A stretch of DNA of 64,000 nt from Squalus acanthias (GCA_030390025.1 CM059431.1:159032001-159096000); one strand, 5' to 3'. Positions 23,773 through 36,957 are shown, counted from the first letter of the stretch. Numbers and translations: made by a program. The notes: generated by a model from the letters alone, not told the origin.

Positions 23773-26700
23773 ATAACGAGGTGGTCGCACCGGAGGTAAA
23801 GAGGGCATAGGCAGACAGAGAATGGGTGAATGCCAGACAGAGTAAAATAACTGGGAAGGTAGTGCAGGAGTCACCTGGGTCCATCTCCCTCTCCAACATT
23901 TTTCCTTTTTGGATATTGCTGGGGGAGATGGTTTCTCAGGGGAATGCAGCAAGAGCCAAGTCCGTGGCACAACGAGTGGCTCAGCTGCACAGGAGGGGAG
24001 GAAAAAGAGTGGGAGAGCAATAGTGATCGGGGATACTCTCGTAAGGGGAACAGATAGACGTTTCTGTGACCGCAGACGTGACTCCAGGATGGTCAAGCGA
24101 CAGGTCAAGGATGTCACTGCAGACACTCTGAAGGAGGAAGATGAACAGCCAGAGGTCGTGGTCCATATCGGTACCAACGACATAGGTAGAAAGAGGGACG
24201 AGGTCCTGCAAGCAGAATATAGGGAGCGAGAAAATAAATTAAAAAGCAGGACCTTAAAGTTAGTAATCTCAGGATTACGACCAGTGACACGTGCTAGCGA
24301 GAGCATAAATAGCAGAATAGATTAGATGAATGCGTGGCTGGCGAGATGGTGTAGGAGGGAGGGATTTAAATTCCTGAGGCTTTGGGACCGATTCTGGGGA
24401 AGGTGGGACGTGTACAAGCTGGACGGGTTAAACATCGGCAGAAGCGGGACCAACATCCTCTCAGGGCGGGTTTTCTAGTGCTGTTGGGAAGGATTTAAGC
24501 TCATTTTTCAGGGTGCTGGGAACCTAAGTCTGGGCCCAGAACGGAGAGAAACAAAGCTGGAAGTGAAAGTTAGAAAAGTAGTCAGCAAAACAATAGGGAG
24601 CAGAAACAAAGGACAACAGTAAAGAGGTTCAAAGTGCAGAAAAATATTTAACAGGCAAAGTTGAAGGCACTGTATCTAAATGCTCGTAGCTTTCACAAAA
24701 AGGTGGATGAATTAATGGCACTAATAGAAGTAAATGGGTATGATGTAATTGCCATTACAGAGACTTGCTTGCAGGGTAACCAAAGCTGGGTACTGAATGT
24801 TCCAAGGTACTCAACATTTAGGAAGGACAGACAAAAAGGAAAAGGAGGTGGCGTTGCGCTGTGATTAAGGGACGATATTGGTACGGTAGAGATAAAAGAT
24901 CTTAGCTTGGCAGATCGTGATGTAGAACTGGAATCAATTTGGGTGGAGCTAGGAAATAGCAAAGGGCGGAAAAAAATGGTGGGTGTTGTGTATTGGCCAC
25001 CAAACTGTAATGGCAATGTGGGGCACAGTATCAATCAAGATATTAGAAGTGCATGTAACATGGGCAAAACGGTAATCATGGGGGACTTTAATCTACATTT
25101 TGACTGGGCAAATCAAATTACCACTAATGGTGTGGAGGACGAATTCTTGGAATGCATGCGAGATGTTTTCCTCGATCTGTATGTGGAGGAACCAACCAGG
25201 GAACAGGCTATTCTGCATCTGGTACAGTGTAGTGAGAAAGAGCTAATCAATAATCTTGTGGTAAAGGGGCCTTTAGGGACAAGTGAACATAATATGATTG
25301 AATTTTACTGTAAACTTGAGAGTGATGTAGTCCAATCTGAAACTAAGGTCTTCAATCTCAACAGAGGAAACTAGAAGGGTATAAGGGAAAAGTTGGCCAT
25401 GGTAAAATGCTGGAATTAATTATAAAGGAAGCAATAACTGGGCACTTCGAAACTAATAGTAAGATTGGGCAGAGTCAACATGCATTTATGTAAGGTAAAT
25501 CCTGTTTGACATATCAATTTGAGATCTTTGAGGATGTAATTACTGGAGTAGACGAAGGGGAAACAGTAGTTGTGGTGTATCTGGATTTTCAGAAGACCTT
25601 CGATAGATTCCAACACAAGAGGTTGGTGAACAAAATTAGGGCACATGGAATTAGGGGGAATACACCAGCATGGATTGAGAATTCGTTAACAAACATAAAA
25701 CAAAGAGTAGGGATAAACGGGACTTTTTCAGAATGGAAGGCTGTGACTAGTGGGGTACAGCAAGGTTCGGTGCTTGGTCCCCAGTTATTCACAATCTATA
25801 TCAATGATTTGGATGAGGGGACTAAATGTAATGTTTCAAAATTTACTGATGATACAAAGCTAGGTGGCAGTGTCAGTTGCGAAGAGGATGTGAAAATGAT
25901 TCAAGGGGATTTCGACTGGCTCAGTGAGTGGGCGAGAACATGGCAGATGAAATATATTGTGGATAAATGTGAAGTCATCCACTTTGGTAGAAAAAACAGA
26001 GAGGCAGCGTATTTCCTAAATTGTGAAAGATTGGGGAATGAAGATGGTCAAAGGGACCTGGGTGTCCTTGTGCATGAGTCACTGAAAGTGAATGTGCATG
26101 TGTGGCAATCCATTAGGAAAACAAATGTTATGCTGGCCTTCATTACAAGAGGATTTGAGTACTGGAGTAAAGAATTCTTACTCCAATTATATAGGGCCTT
26201 TGTGGGATCACACCTGGAGTTCTGTGTACACTTTTGGTCTCCTTACCTAAGGAAGGAGATACTTGCCATAGCGGGAGTGCAACGAAGGTTCACGAGATTG
26301 ATTCCTGGGATGGCGAGACAGTCGTATGAGAAGCGACTGAGTAAACTATGCCATAATTCTTTTGAATTCAGAAGAATGAGAGGGAATCTCATTGAAGCAT
26401 ACAAAATTATTACAGGGCTTGATAGGATGGAATTTGGGAGAATGTTTCCATCAGCTGGGGAGTTTAGAATCAGGGGCCACAGACTCAATGAAAGCTTAGG
26501 CCATCCAGGACTGAGATGAGAAGAAATTTCTTCACACAGAGGGTGGTGAATCCTTGGAATTCACTACCCCAGAGGCCTGTGGAGGCTCAGTCATTGGGTA
26601 TATTCAAAACAGAAGTCGATAGATTCTGACTATTAAGGGCATCAAGGGATATGGCGATAGGGCCGGTGAATGGAGTTGAGGCAGATGATCAGCCATGATC

Positions 26701-26782
26701 TCTTTGAATGGCGGAGCAGGCTCGAAGGGTCGAATAGACTACTCCTGCTCCTATTTCTTATGTTCTTACGTTCTTATGTTCT
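23773..26782 (+). mobile_element. Decayed CR1 (partial ORF1, endonuclease, internal deletion near 25415, RT, tail)
   Basis: ORFs 23909, 24661, 24907 and 25506 carry esterase, APE and RT motifs; tail ttcttatg repeats. Confidence 0.92.
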
Positions 26783-27370
26783 AATGTCCATATAAATGAC
26801 ATCCATTCACGGACCCCTGTCCACTAATTTAGTCACCTCCTCAAAAAATGTAAATCACATTTGTCATGCATGATATAGCGTTCACAAATCCATGCTATAA
26901 AATGCGTCTCTTCTGCAAATTAACGTTAGACTAGTGACTGACTGCAAAGACAGGGTCGAGGAGCTGTTGGACAGCTTGATCTTGTGGGGCACCGGCACTC
27001 ATATATGTATGTTTTCTATATATATATCCTAAAAGGATATATTGGTGTATTATTACTTATCGGATACACTCATCTTGAAGTTACTTGAAAATTGCATTGA
27101 AGTTACCGTCAACGTCCAAGTTTTGTTCTGCAAACAAGTTCTTGAAAGTAGTGGTGCTGCCTCGCAGGATTCAGTTCTGCGGCGACTATTCTAATCTATT
27201 ACTAACTTGATTATATATCATGATTGGAATTTGCAGATGTTGCGAAAATGTGGAGTACAGTTACTTATTAAGACCAGAGGAAACTGCAAAGGGAAATTTA
27301 AAAGATGTGGGATTAGTTAAAAAAAAGTTCAGGCAGAATCAATGTCAGTAAGGGTGGTATATATTGGTAA

Positions 27371-28132
27371 GGGAGACTTTGAAGGTTTCCTTGAACCGTT
27401 TCCTCTGCCCACCTTGGTCTGTCTTGCCGGGTCGGAGCTCCGAGTAGAGCGCTTGTTTTGGAAGTCTACTATCGGGCATGCGGACGATATGACACTCCAT
27501 CGAAGCTAATCGAGTGTGGTCAAAGCTTCGATGCTGGGGTGTTGGCCTGAGCGAGAACAATGATGTTGGTGCGCCTATCCTGCCAATTGAATTGCAGGAT
27601 CTTGCGGAGGCAGCGTTGATGCTACCTCTCCAGTTCTTTGAGGTGCCTGTTGTACATGGATCATGTCTCTGAGACATTCAGAAGGGCAGGTATCAATGCT
27701 GCTCTGTAGACCATGAGCTTGGTGCCGGGATTGAGTTCCTAGTCTTCAAACATTCTCTTCCTCTAGCGACCAAGGCTTCACTGGCACAGTGAAGGCGGTG
27801 TTGGACTTCGTCATCGACGTCTGCCATTGTTGACAGGACGTTCCCTGTAAGCCCTGGCCCAAAATCGTACAAAGTGGAGGAGAAGTATCCAGGAAGTCGT
27901 CGAACACCTCGAAACTCTTCGCCAGGATCAAGCGGAAGTACAGCGCCCAACAGCGTAAGGAGTGCTCGTCAACCCACGCACCCCACTCACCCGCCCCTTC
28001 AACCACCGTCTGCCCCACCAGTGACAGAGACTGTAGGTCCCGCATTGGACTCATCAGTCACCTGCAAACTAATTTATACTGTGGAAGCAAGTCATCCTCG
28101 GTTCCGAGGGACTGCCTAAGAAGAAGAAGAAG
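27371..28132 (+). mobile_element. RTE-clade LINE 3' end with 5' inversion, (AAG)n tail and 10-bp TSD
   Basis: TSD ATATTGGTAA at 27361-27370 and 28133-28142; minus part encodes HIVRMPDSRLPKQALYSEL...GGQRKRFK and DDEVQHRL; plus part ends gggactgcctaagaagaagaag. Confidence 0.85.
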
Positions 28133-28186
28133 ATATTGGTAAAATATCAGCTGTAATTGTACACTGAATGGAATTAGATTCGGTAC

Positions 28187-29446
28187 TGTGGTAAAGTGTA
28201 GGGTGTGGTCCTGGGGTCAGCCTTCACCTCTGACTCAGTGAGCGGTTCGAATCGCTCCCACGCCCCTGGTTCCTAGACTTTGGACTTATTTAGGGGTTGT
28301 GAACAAAAATGCAGTAGACAACAGGTTCTGATGAAAGAATTTTGACTTTATTAAAAGAAAAAGGTAACAAACGTAAAACACACGTAATACTTAAACACAG
28401 GTTGGGGAACACACGGTACAGGCGAGGGAGAATATAGAATATACCAAACAAAAAAACCTTATCCCTCCCAAAAATCCCACTATCTAGCTAGGTTTTGGTT
28501 TCAGGAGATCAGGGATAATGCTCACCAAACGAATCCTTGACAGGGTTTTTAGAGTCTTTTGAGTAAAAGGTTTCATAAGGCCCTTGTTTCTGCGAGGTGT
28601 CCGATGGTCACTGAGGCAGTCGCCCTGGTTTCACTGTGTGATGGTCTGTTTGTGAAGTTGTTGCCCTTCCTTCCTCCTCCTCCTCGTGCCTCGTGATTAC
28701 TTTGCTGGAGCAGAGCTGAGAGAGAGAGAGAGCTGTGCCAGCGTTGTCACCGAGTCCAGAGAGAGAGAGTCCTGGGACATTAGGCCCCAATTATACTGTC
28801 CTTTTCGCGCCCAAAACCCCTTACTAAAACGGTTTCCTTTAGATTTCAAATGAGCCCTGTTTAGTCCATTCTCTTAGTTTTGGCGGGCTCTTCAGTTCCG
28901 ATGGCTTTAACTTGGTATTAAACATGCCCTGATAGCTTCCGATTTAGGCAAGGCCTTTATCTACGCGCCAAATCTTGTCCCTATTGTCCTAGGTTTTTTG
29001 GCGGGCTTTAAATCTGTCCTGTGGATACCTGGTTGATTGGTTTTTGATGAAGTAAATCGGGTTACTAAATGTTTTATTGATTGCAGGCCCCTGGCATCCT
29101 GTGTGGGCCTGGGAATTTCAAAAGAGGACCTGGATATTCATATTTCGATGTCTGTGTGAGGCTTTTGGGTTTCGACTCTTCCTCCTTGGTAGAATGGCAG
29201 TGTAAACACATTCCCAGACAGCTTAAATGGGCCCCAATACACAAAGCTATCCACTGCCTGGCCACACCCCTCCGCAGCCTGTCGGTGTCTGTGAAAGGTG
29301 TCTTTCCAAACAGTAAGATTCAAAAAGTCATTTTCCTCAGGGTTTTCTTCCCTGATCTTTAAAAATGTCCAAACCTGAGGGTTTTACCTGAAATCACTAC
29401 ACTTAGGTTTCTGTTCGAGTTTCTGGCGGATTTTGCGAAGCTTACA
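28187..29446 (-). mobile_element. LTR (~1.26 kb) of an ERV/LTR retroelement; 3' LTR with adjacent polypurine tract
   Basis: Minus strand: AAAGGGGGGAA (29457-29447) then TGT...ACA; TATAA (28795-28791); AATAAA (28352-28347). Confidence 0.75.
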
Positions 29447-29477
29447 TTCCCCCCTTTGATACAAAACCTGAATTAAT

Positions 29478-29789
29478 GGCCAAAAATTCGGCCCTTCCGG
29501 TTGAGTACACAGTGAGTACTCACCTGTAATGCGTTCCGAAGTGCCGGTTTCCTGCATGCACTGCGCATGCGCGGGAAACCGGAACTTCCGGTCTGGTGAA
29601 GGGGGCGGTTCCTAGGTGAACCGCATGCGCAGTGGAGGCTGCACGCACGCAGCGAACTTAGATTTTTTTTTCAGGTTTCTACGGGAGGGTAAGTAGTGAA
29701 GAACCTACGCATATAAAAAGGTGTGCAGGAGCCGTTTTCAACAAGGTAAGTGGTTAATTAAGTATAATTTAAAAAATTGTTCAACAGAT
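29478..29789 (+). mobile_element. Truncated copy of the Harbinger-like MITE
   Basis: Begins ggccaaaaattcggc; similar to 47890-48200. Confidence 0.85.
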
Positions 29790-31465
29790 GGTTTCGAGCT
29801 TCTTAAGTGTTGTTGGAGCTGCACTCATCCAGGCAAGTGGAGAGTATTCCATCATACTCCTTACTTGTGCCTTGTGGATGGTAGAAACGCTTGGGGAAAT
29901 CAGGAGGTGAGACAGTTGCCGCATAATAGCCAGCCCTGACCTGCTCTTGTTGCCTCAGTATTTATGTGGCTGGTCCAGTTAAGTTTCTTGTCAAAGGTGA
30001 CCCCCATGATGTTGAAGGTTGAGGACTGTAATGCCGTTGAATGCCAAGGGGTGGTGGTTAAACTCTCGCTTGTTGGAGATAGTCAGTGCATGGCACTTCT
30101 GTGGCGTGAATGTTACCTGCCACTTATCAGCCCAGGCCTGAACGTCGTCCAGGTCCTGCTGCATGCGGGCATGGACGGCTTCAATATCTGAGTAATTTTG
30201 AATGGCACTGAAGACTGGGTAGTCACCAGCAAATATCCCCATTTCTGTCTTTATGTTGGAGGGAAGTTCATTGATGAAGCAGATTCGGCACAGGAGACTG
30301 CGTTAATATGGAACATCTGCCTTGATGTCCTGGGGCTGTGATGATTGAGCTTCAATCACCACAACCATCTTCCTTTTTGTTTGGTATGACTCCAGCCAGT
30401 GGAGAGTTCCGGCCCCCTCCCTATTGACTTCAGTTTTACTACTCGGTCAAATGCTGCCCAGGGCAGTCACTCTCAACTCACCTCTATAATTCAGCACCTT
30501 TGTCCATGTTTGGACCAAGGCAGTAACGAGGTCGGGAGCTGAGTGGGTCTAGGCAGAACCGAATCAGTGAGCAGGTTATTGGCGGGTAAGTGCTGCTTGA
30601 TAGCACTGCCGATGACACCTTCCATCATTTTGCTGATGATTGAGAGTAGACTGATGGGGCGGTAATTATCCTTTTTTTTTGGACAGTACATACCTGGGCT
30701 AATTGCCACATCGTCGGATAGATGCCAGTTATTGTAACTGTATTGGAACAGCTTGGCTAGAGCACATGTCTTCAGCTTGATAGCCGGGATGTTGTCGGGG
30801 CCCATGACCTTTGCTGTATCCAGAGCGCTCAGCGTGTAGTGAATCGATGGTGGGGATCTCAGGAGTCGATCGATATGGATCATCCAATCAGCACTTCTGG
30901 CTGAAGATGGTTGCAAATGCTTCAGCCTTCGCTTTCCCTCTTACGTGATGGGCTCCACCATCTAGGTTGGGGCTATTCAGTACTCTTCCTGTAAATTGAT
31001 TGATGACTTGATGTGGCAGGGCTGCAGAGTTTCGATCTAGTCCGTTGAATGCGGGGTCTCTTAGCCCTGTCTAGAGCATGCTGCTTCCGCTTTTAAGCAT
31101 GCATTCATGTAGTCCTCTGTTGCAGCGTCCCCAGGTTACAATTCGGCTGCTGCCTCATGGGTGCCTAGTTTTTAACTGCTAGATCTATTCTGAATTTAGC
31201 ACGGTGGGTGTTCTCAGTGTGAAGACGGGATCTTCGTCACTGCTACGGACAGATGCATCTGCGACAGGTAGGATGGCGAGGACGAGGTCAATCCGATAGT
31301 TTCATGGTTACCATTACTGTAACTAGCTTTTTAATCCAGATGTATTTAATTAACTGAAATTAAATTCCCCAGTTGCTGTAGTGTGATTTGAACTCACGTC
31401 TCTAGATCATTAGTCCATGCCCTCCGGATTACTCACCCAGTGACATTACCACTATGATACCTTTC
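29790..31465 (-). mobile_element. Heavily deleted LINE (L2/CR1 group) with a tRNA-like 5' head
   Basis: GPDNIPA, NYRPISLLSIISK and MQQDLDDVQAWADKWQVTF on the minus strand; head with GAGTTCAAATC near 31385-31395. Confidence 0.75.
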
Positions 31466-32124
31466 CCGTCTCATGTGCTGGTCAGTAAAACATTTCTGAC
31501 CGTAAAAGCAATGAGCAGCAGAATCAGAACAAACGGAACCCCCAGGATTAGAAAGCAATGAATGAACTCGATTGCTGGCCAGACCCGTGACTTCCCAACA
31601 TCGTTTATTACATGACGAAACCAGGGATCGTTCATAACCCTTATTGACCTGTGAACATAAAATGACAATAATTTACCAATATTGACGTTTGCTATTTTTC
31701 TGGTAATTTAGAAATCTTCATTACCAGAAGCTGAAAATCCAAAAGCAAACGGCCCACAATTCTCAAGCTTGCTTTGTAATGCATTGTCCTTATACTTCAG
31801 AAATGTATGATGTGTACGGATATTGTCTTTTTTGCTCAGAGTGTCTGGGCACTAAACTTTAAAATAATTAATGGCTGACTCATTCGTCAGAATCTTTCTA
31901 GTTTTTTTGTTTCATGATGATTAGTTTTTCCTTCATATCACTGATCTGTCAAATATTTATCTCTTGAATTACAAGGACTAAAACAATGACGTTGTTCATA
32001 TTCAAGAGATAGAACTGCAGCACAAAGACACTCTCCACAAAGAAAATGTGAAGATGACATTCAAAACCACTGTAGGAAAAAAAATATTTCGAAGATTTTT
32101 TTGGGATGAAAAATAAACTAAACT

Positions 32125-33759
32125 GGAGATCTTCCCCCCACGGCCGCCAACCTCATAGTTCCCCAACCCCGCACAGCCCGCTTCTACCTCCTTCCCAAGA
32201 TCCACAAACAGGACTGCCCCGGTAGACACATCGTTTCAGCCTGTTCTTGCCCCACGGAACTTATCTCTTCCTATCTCGACTCTATTTTTTCTCCCCTTGT
32301 CCAGTCTCTTCCCACCTACAACCGCGACTCTTCCGATGCCCTCCGCCATTTTAACAGTTTCCAGTTTCCCGGCCCCAACCGTCTCCTCTTCACTATGGAC
32401 ATACAATCCCTCTACACCACCATTCCCCACCAGGATGGCCTGAGGGCGCTCCGCTTCTTCCTTGAACAGAGGCCCAACCAGTCCCCATCCACCACCACCC
32501 TCCTCCGCCTGGCTGAACTTGTTCTCACATTGAACAATTTCTCCTTTGACTCTACCCATTTCCTCCAAATTAAAGGTGTTGCTATGGGTACCCGCATGGG
32601 TCCTAGCTATGCCTGCATTTTCGTGGGATATGTGGAACACTCTTTGTTCCAGTCCTACTCGGGTCCACTCCCTCACCTCTTTTTCCGGTACATTGATGAC
32701 TGTATTGGTGCCGTCTCCTGCTCTCGCCCTGAACTAGAACATTTCATTCACTATGCTTCCAATTTCCACCCTTCCCTCACCTTCACATGGTCCATCTCCG
32801 ACTCTTCCCTTCCCTTCCTCGACTTCTCCATCTCCATCTCTGGGGATAGGTTATTGACTAACATTCACTACAAGCCCACCGACTCCCACAGCTACCTGGA
32901 CTACACTTCCTCCCACCCCGACTCCTGTAAGGAATCTATTCCATTCTCCCAGTTTCTCCGTCTCCGCTGCATCTGCTCTGATGATGCCACCTTCCATACC
33001 AGTGCTTCCGACATGTCTTCCTTTTTCCTCAACCGAGGATTCCCCTCTTTCGTGGTCGACACGGCACTCGACCGTGTCTGTTCTATCTCCCGCACATCTG
33101 CCCTCAGCCCTGCCCCTCCCTCCCGGCACCACGATAGGGTTCCCCTTGTCCTCACCTTTCACCCTACCAGTCTTCACATTCAACGGATCATCCTCCGCCA
33201 TTTCCGCCACCTCCAGCGTGATCCCACCACCAAACACACCTTCCCCTCACCTCCCCTTTCAGCATTCCGTAGGGACCGCTCCCTCCGCGACACCCTAGTC
33301 CACTCCTCTAGCACCCCCAGCACCCCTTCCCCTTCGACCGGCACCTTCCCGTGCACGCGCAGGAGATGCAACACATGCCCTTATACCTCCCCTCTTTCCA
33401 CTGTCCAGGGCCCCAAACACCCCTTCCAGGTGAAACAGCGATTTACTTGTACTTCCTGCAATTTAGTATACTGTATTCGCTGCTCACGATGTGGACTCCT
33501 CTACATTGGGGAGACCAAACGCAGATTGGGTGACCGCTTTGCGGAACACCTCCGTTCAGTCCGTAAGGGGGACCCCGAGCTCCCGGTGGCCTGTCACTTT
33601 AATTCACCGCTTCACTCCCACTCTGACCTCACCGTCCTCGGCCTATTACACAGTTCCACGGAAGCTCAGTGTAAGCTCGAGGAACAGCACCTCATCTTTC
33701 GTTCAGGCACGCTACAGCCCTCTGGACTCAATATCGAGTTCAACAATTTTAGATCATAA
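32125..33759 (+). CDS. PLE RT plus GIY-YIG endonuclease, open frame lacking the N-terminus
   Basis: Frame open from the insertion junction to TAA 33757-33759; RYIDD and GIY-YIG motifs intact. Confidence 0.8.
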   Translation, partial: GDLPPTAANLIVPQPRTARFYLLPKIHKQDCPGRHIVSACSCPTELISSYLDSIFSPLVQSLPTYNRDSSDALRHFNSFQFPGPNRLLFTMDIQSLYTTIPHQDGLRALRFFLEQRPNQSPSTTTLLRLAELVLTLNNFSFDSTHFLQIKGVAMGTRMGPSYACIFVGYVEHSLFQSYSGPLPHLFFRYIDDCIGAVSCSRPELEHFIHYASNFHPSLTFTWSISDSSLPFLDFSISISGDRLLTNIHYKPTDSHSYLDYTSSHPDSCKESIPFSQFLRLRCICSDDATFHTSASDMSSFFLNRGFPSFVVDTALDRVCSISRTSALSPAPPSRHHDRVPLVLTFHPTSLHIQRIILRHFRHLQRDPTTKHTFPSPPLSAFRRDRSLRDTLVHSSSTPSTPSPSTGTFPCTRRRCNTCPYTSPLSTVQGPKHPFQVKQRFTCTSCNLVYCIRCSRCGLLYIGETKRRLGDRFAEHLRSVRKGDPELPVACHFNSPLHSHSDLTVLGLLHSSTEAQCKLEEQHLIFRSGTLQPSGLNIEFNNFRS

Positions 33760-34037
33760 CCTCAGCTCCAATCACATTTATATTTTATTTTATCCACCCT
33801 TTTATTTGTCCCCCCCCCACCTTTTTTTTCCTCCTAGAAGCTGGCAGCTGTCCTTCATTCTGCCAGTGGATTTCACACTTCATTCAGCCTTAATCTGTCA
33901 CATTAACACCACCTCTAGCCTTGCATATCTCTTAATGTCTCTTAATGTCTCTTCATCTCCCCCTTTGTTCCTTTATCCCCTCCCCCTTTTCCCAGCTTTA
34001 CCCTGGCCTTAAATCTATTTGATTTCCGGCTCTTCCC

Positions 34038-34074
34038 AGTTCTGATGAAAGGTCATCGACCTGAAACGTTAACT
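34038..34074 (+). ncRNA. Minimal type I hammerhead ribozyme (PLE)
   Basis: AGTT-CTGATGA-A-AGGTC(ATC)GACCT-GAAA-CG-TT-AACT: core boxes, 5-bp stem II, palindromic ACGT stem III, stem I AGTT/AACT. Confidence 0.8.
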
Positions 34075-34209
34075 CTCTTTCTCTCTCCACGGATGCTGCC
34101 TGGCCTGATGAGTTTTTCCAGCGTTTTCTTTTGTTATTTCGGATTTCCAGCATCTGCAGTATTTTGCTATCATATTAGTGTTTGGTTCACTGCCACCTCT
34201 CTTCTTGGA

Positions 34210-36957
34210 ATGCCTACCTTGAAGAAGTTCTGCTCTTCTCTTCGACGGGATTTCCGTTTGGCTCTTCAAACTTGTTCATCTTCATTGATTTCAGTTTCCC
34301 TTCTCGTGTTTGATGAGATATCTGCCAAGACTCGGTTTCACAGCCACATTACTTTCCTCAGCAACTGTCTCCAGTTCCGACTTATCCCACGTGGATTCCA
34401 ACTAAACTTCCACCCTTCGTGTTTCGGATCCACCCAGGATTACAAATATCTCCAAGATATTCATCGTTCCTCGAACTACTGCTCTCACCGCATCTTGAGA
34501 TCCACGCTCAAAGCCATGCGGCGCCACATGAACACTCTCGACATCTCTCTTCAGCAGCACCGACGCACTCTATCTCAAAGCTGTCCGGGTCCACAGTTCC
34601 ATTTCATCCTTAGACTCATCTGACGCTTCAACAAAAAACTTTTCTTCTTCCTTTCCGATGTCAAGGATCGCAAGCTTCAACAACTCTTGGACACTAAAGC
34701 CCCTCCGGAACCTTCTTCCCCTTCACTTTCCTCTGACCCCCCTTCTCCCAATCTCACCCCCTGCCGCGTTTTCACTATCCCCTCTGACCTTCCCCTCTCT
34801 GACTCCGAACGATCAGTCCTCAGCAAAGGTCTGAGCTTCATCCCCTTACGCCCCCATCTCAATGAATTTCGAGCTCGGCACGATGCTGAGCTCTTTTTCC
34901 GCCGCCTCCGTCTCCGTGCCCACTTCTCTGGCCAGGAGTCTTCCCCCCGCACGGCTGACCCTTTCTCCCGCTTTCAGAATTCTCGTTCCACCTGGACCCC
35001 TCCCTCTGGCCTCTTACCCTCTCTTGATCTTTTCATTGCTAACTGCCGCCGTGACATCGGCCAGCTCAATTTCTCTGCTCCCCTCACTCACTCCAACCTA
35101 CCTCCCTCTGAACTTGCAGCACTCCATTCTCTCCGATCCAACCCTGACATTGTCATTAAACCTGCTGACAAGGGTGGCGCTGTTGTTGTTTGGCGAACCG
35201 ACCTCTACCTAGCGGAAGTTGAACGCCAACTCTCTGACACCTCCTCCTACCTCCAACTGGACCATGACCCCACTACCGAACATCAACCACCGTGTCCAAG
35301 ACTGTCACTGACCTCATCTCCTCTGGAGATCTTCCCCCCACGGCCGCCAACCTCATAGTTCCCCAACACCGCACAGTCCGCTTCTACCTCCTTCCCAAGA
35401 TCCAAAAACAGGACTGCCCCGGTAGACCCATCGTTTCAGCCTGTTCTTGCCCCACGGAACTTATCTCTTCCTATCTCGACTCTATTTTTTCTCCCCTTGT
35501 CCAGTCTCTTCCCACCTACATCCGCGACTCTTCCGATGCCCTCCGCCATTTTAACAGTTTCCAGTTTCCCGGCCCCAACCATCTCCTCTTCACTATGGAC
35601 GTACAATCCCTCTACACCTCCATTCCAAACCAGGATGGCCTGAGGGCGCTCCGCTTCTTCCTTGAACAGAGGCCCAACCAGTCCCCATCCACCACCACCC
35701 TCCTCCGCCTGGCTGAACTTGTTCTCACATTGAACAACTTCTCCTTTGACTCTACCCATTTCCTCCAAATTAAAGGTGTTGCTATGGGTACCCGAATGGG
35801 TCCTAGCTATGCCTGCCTTTTCGTGGGATATGTGGAACACTCTTTGTTCCAGTCCTACTCGGGTCCCCTCCCTCACCTCTTTTTCTGGTACATTGATGTC
35901 TGTATCGGTGCCGTCTCCTGCTCTCGCCCTGAACTAGAACATTTTATTCACTATGCTTCCAATTTCCACCCTTCCCTCACCTTCACATGGTCCATCTCCG
36001 ACTCTTCCCTTCCCTTCCTCGACTTCTCCATCTCCATCTCTGGGGATAGGTTATTGACTAACATTCACTACAAGCCCACCAACTCCCACAGCCACCTGGA
36101 CTACACTTCCTCCCACCCCGCCTCCTGTAAGGACTCTATTCCATTCTCCCAGTTTCTCCGTCTCCGCCGCATCTGCTCTGATGATGCCACCTTCCATACC
36201 AGTGCTTCCGACATGTCTTCCTTTTTCCTCAACCGAGAATTCCCCTCTACCGTGGTCGACACGGCCCTCGACTGTGTCCGTTCTATCTCCCGCAGATGTG
36301 CCCTCACCCCTGCCACTCCCTCCTGGAACCACGATAGGGTTCCCCTTGTCCTCACCTTTCACCCCACCAGCCTCCACATTCAACGGATCATCCTCCGCCA
36401 TTTCCGCCACCTCCAGCGTGATCCCACCACCAAACACATCTTCCCCTCACCTCCCCTTTCAGCATTCCGTAGGGACCGCTCCCTCCGCGACACCCTAGTC
36501 CACTCCTCTACCATCCCCAGCACCCCTTCCCCTTCGCCCGGCACCTTCCGGTGCACGCGCAGGAGATGCAACACATGCCCTTATACCTCCCCTCTTCCCA
36601 CTGTCCAGGGCCCCAAACACCCCTTCCAGGTGAAACAGCGATTTACTTGTACTTCCTGCAATTTAGTATACTGTATTCGCTGCTCACGATGTGGACTCCT
36701 CTACATTGGGGAGACCAAACGCAGATTGGGTGACCGCTTTGTGAAGACCTCCGTTCAGTCCGTAAGGGGGACCCCGAGCTCCCGGTGGCCTGTCACTTTA
36801 ATTCACCCCTTCACTCCCACTCTGACCTCACCGTCCTCGGCCTATTACACTGTTCCACGGAAGCTCTACGTAAGCTCGAGGAACAGCACCTCATCTTTCG
36901 TTTAGGCACGCTACAGCCCTCTGGACTCAATATCGAGTTCAACAATTTTAGATCATA
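34210..36957 (+). pseudogene. Full-length PLE ORF, disabled
   Basis: ATG 34210; TGA at 34621; frameshifts near 35290 and 36742; RYIDD changed to WYIDV. Confidence 0.85.

Noticed and set aside
28325..28350. CTGATGA hammerhead-like box in the LTR
   Set aside because: No stem II followed by GAAA and no stem I partner.
32007..33759. NLR-RT fusion protein
   Set aside because: The NLR frame has a TAA just before the junction and differs from the PLE frame.
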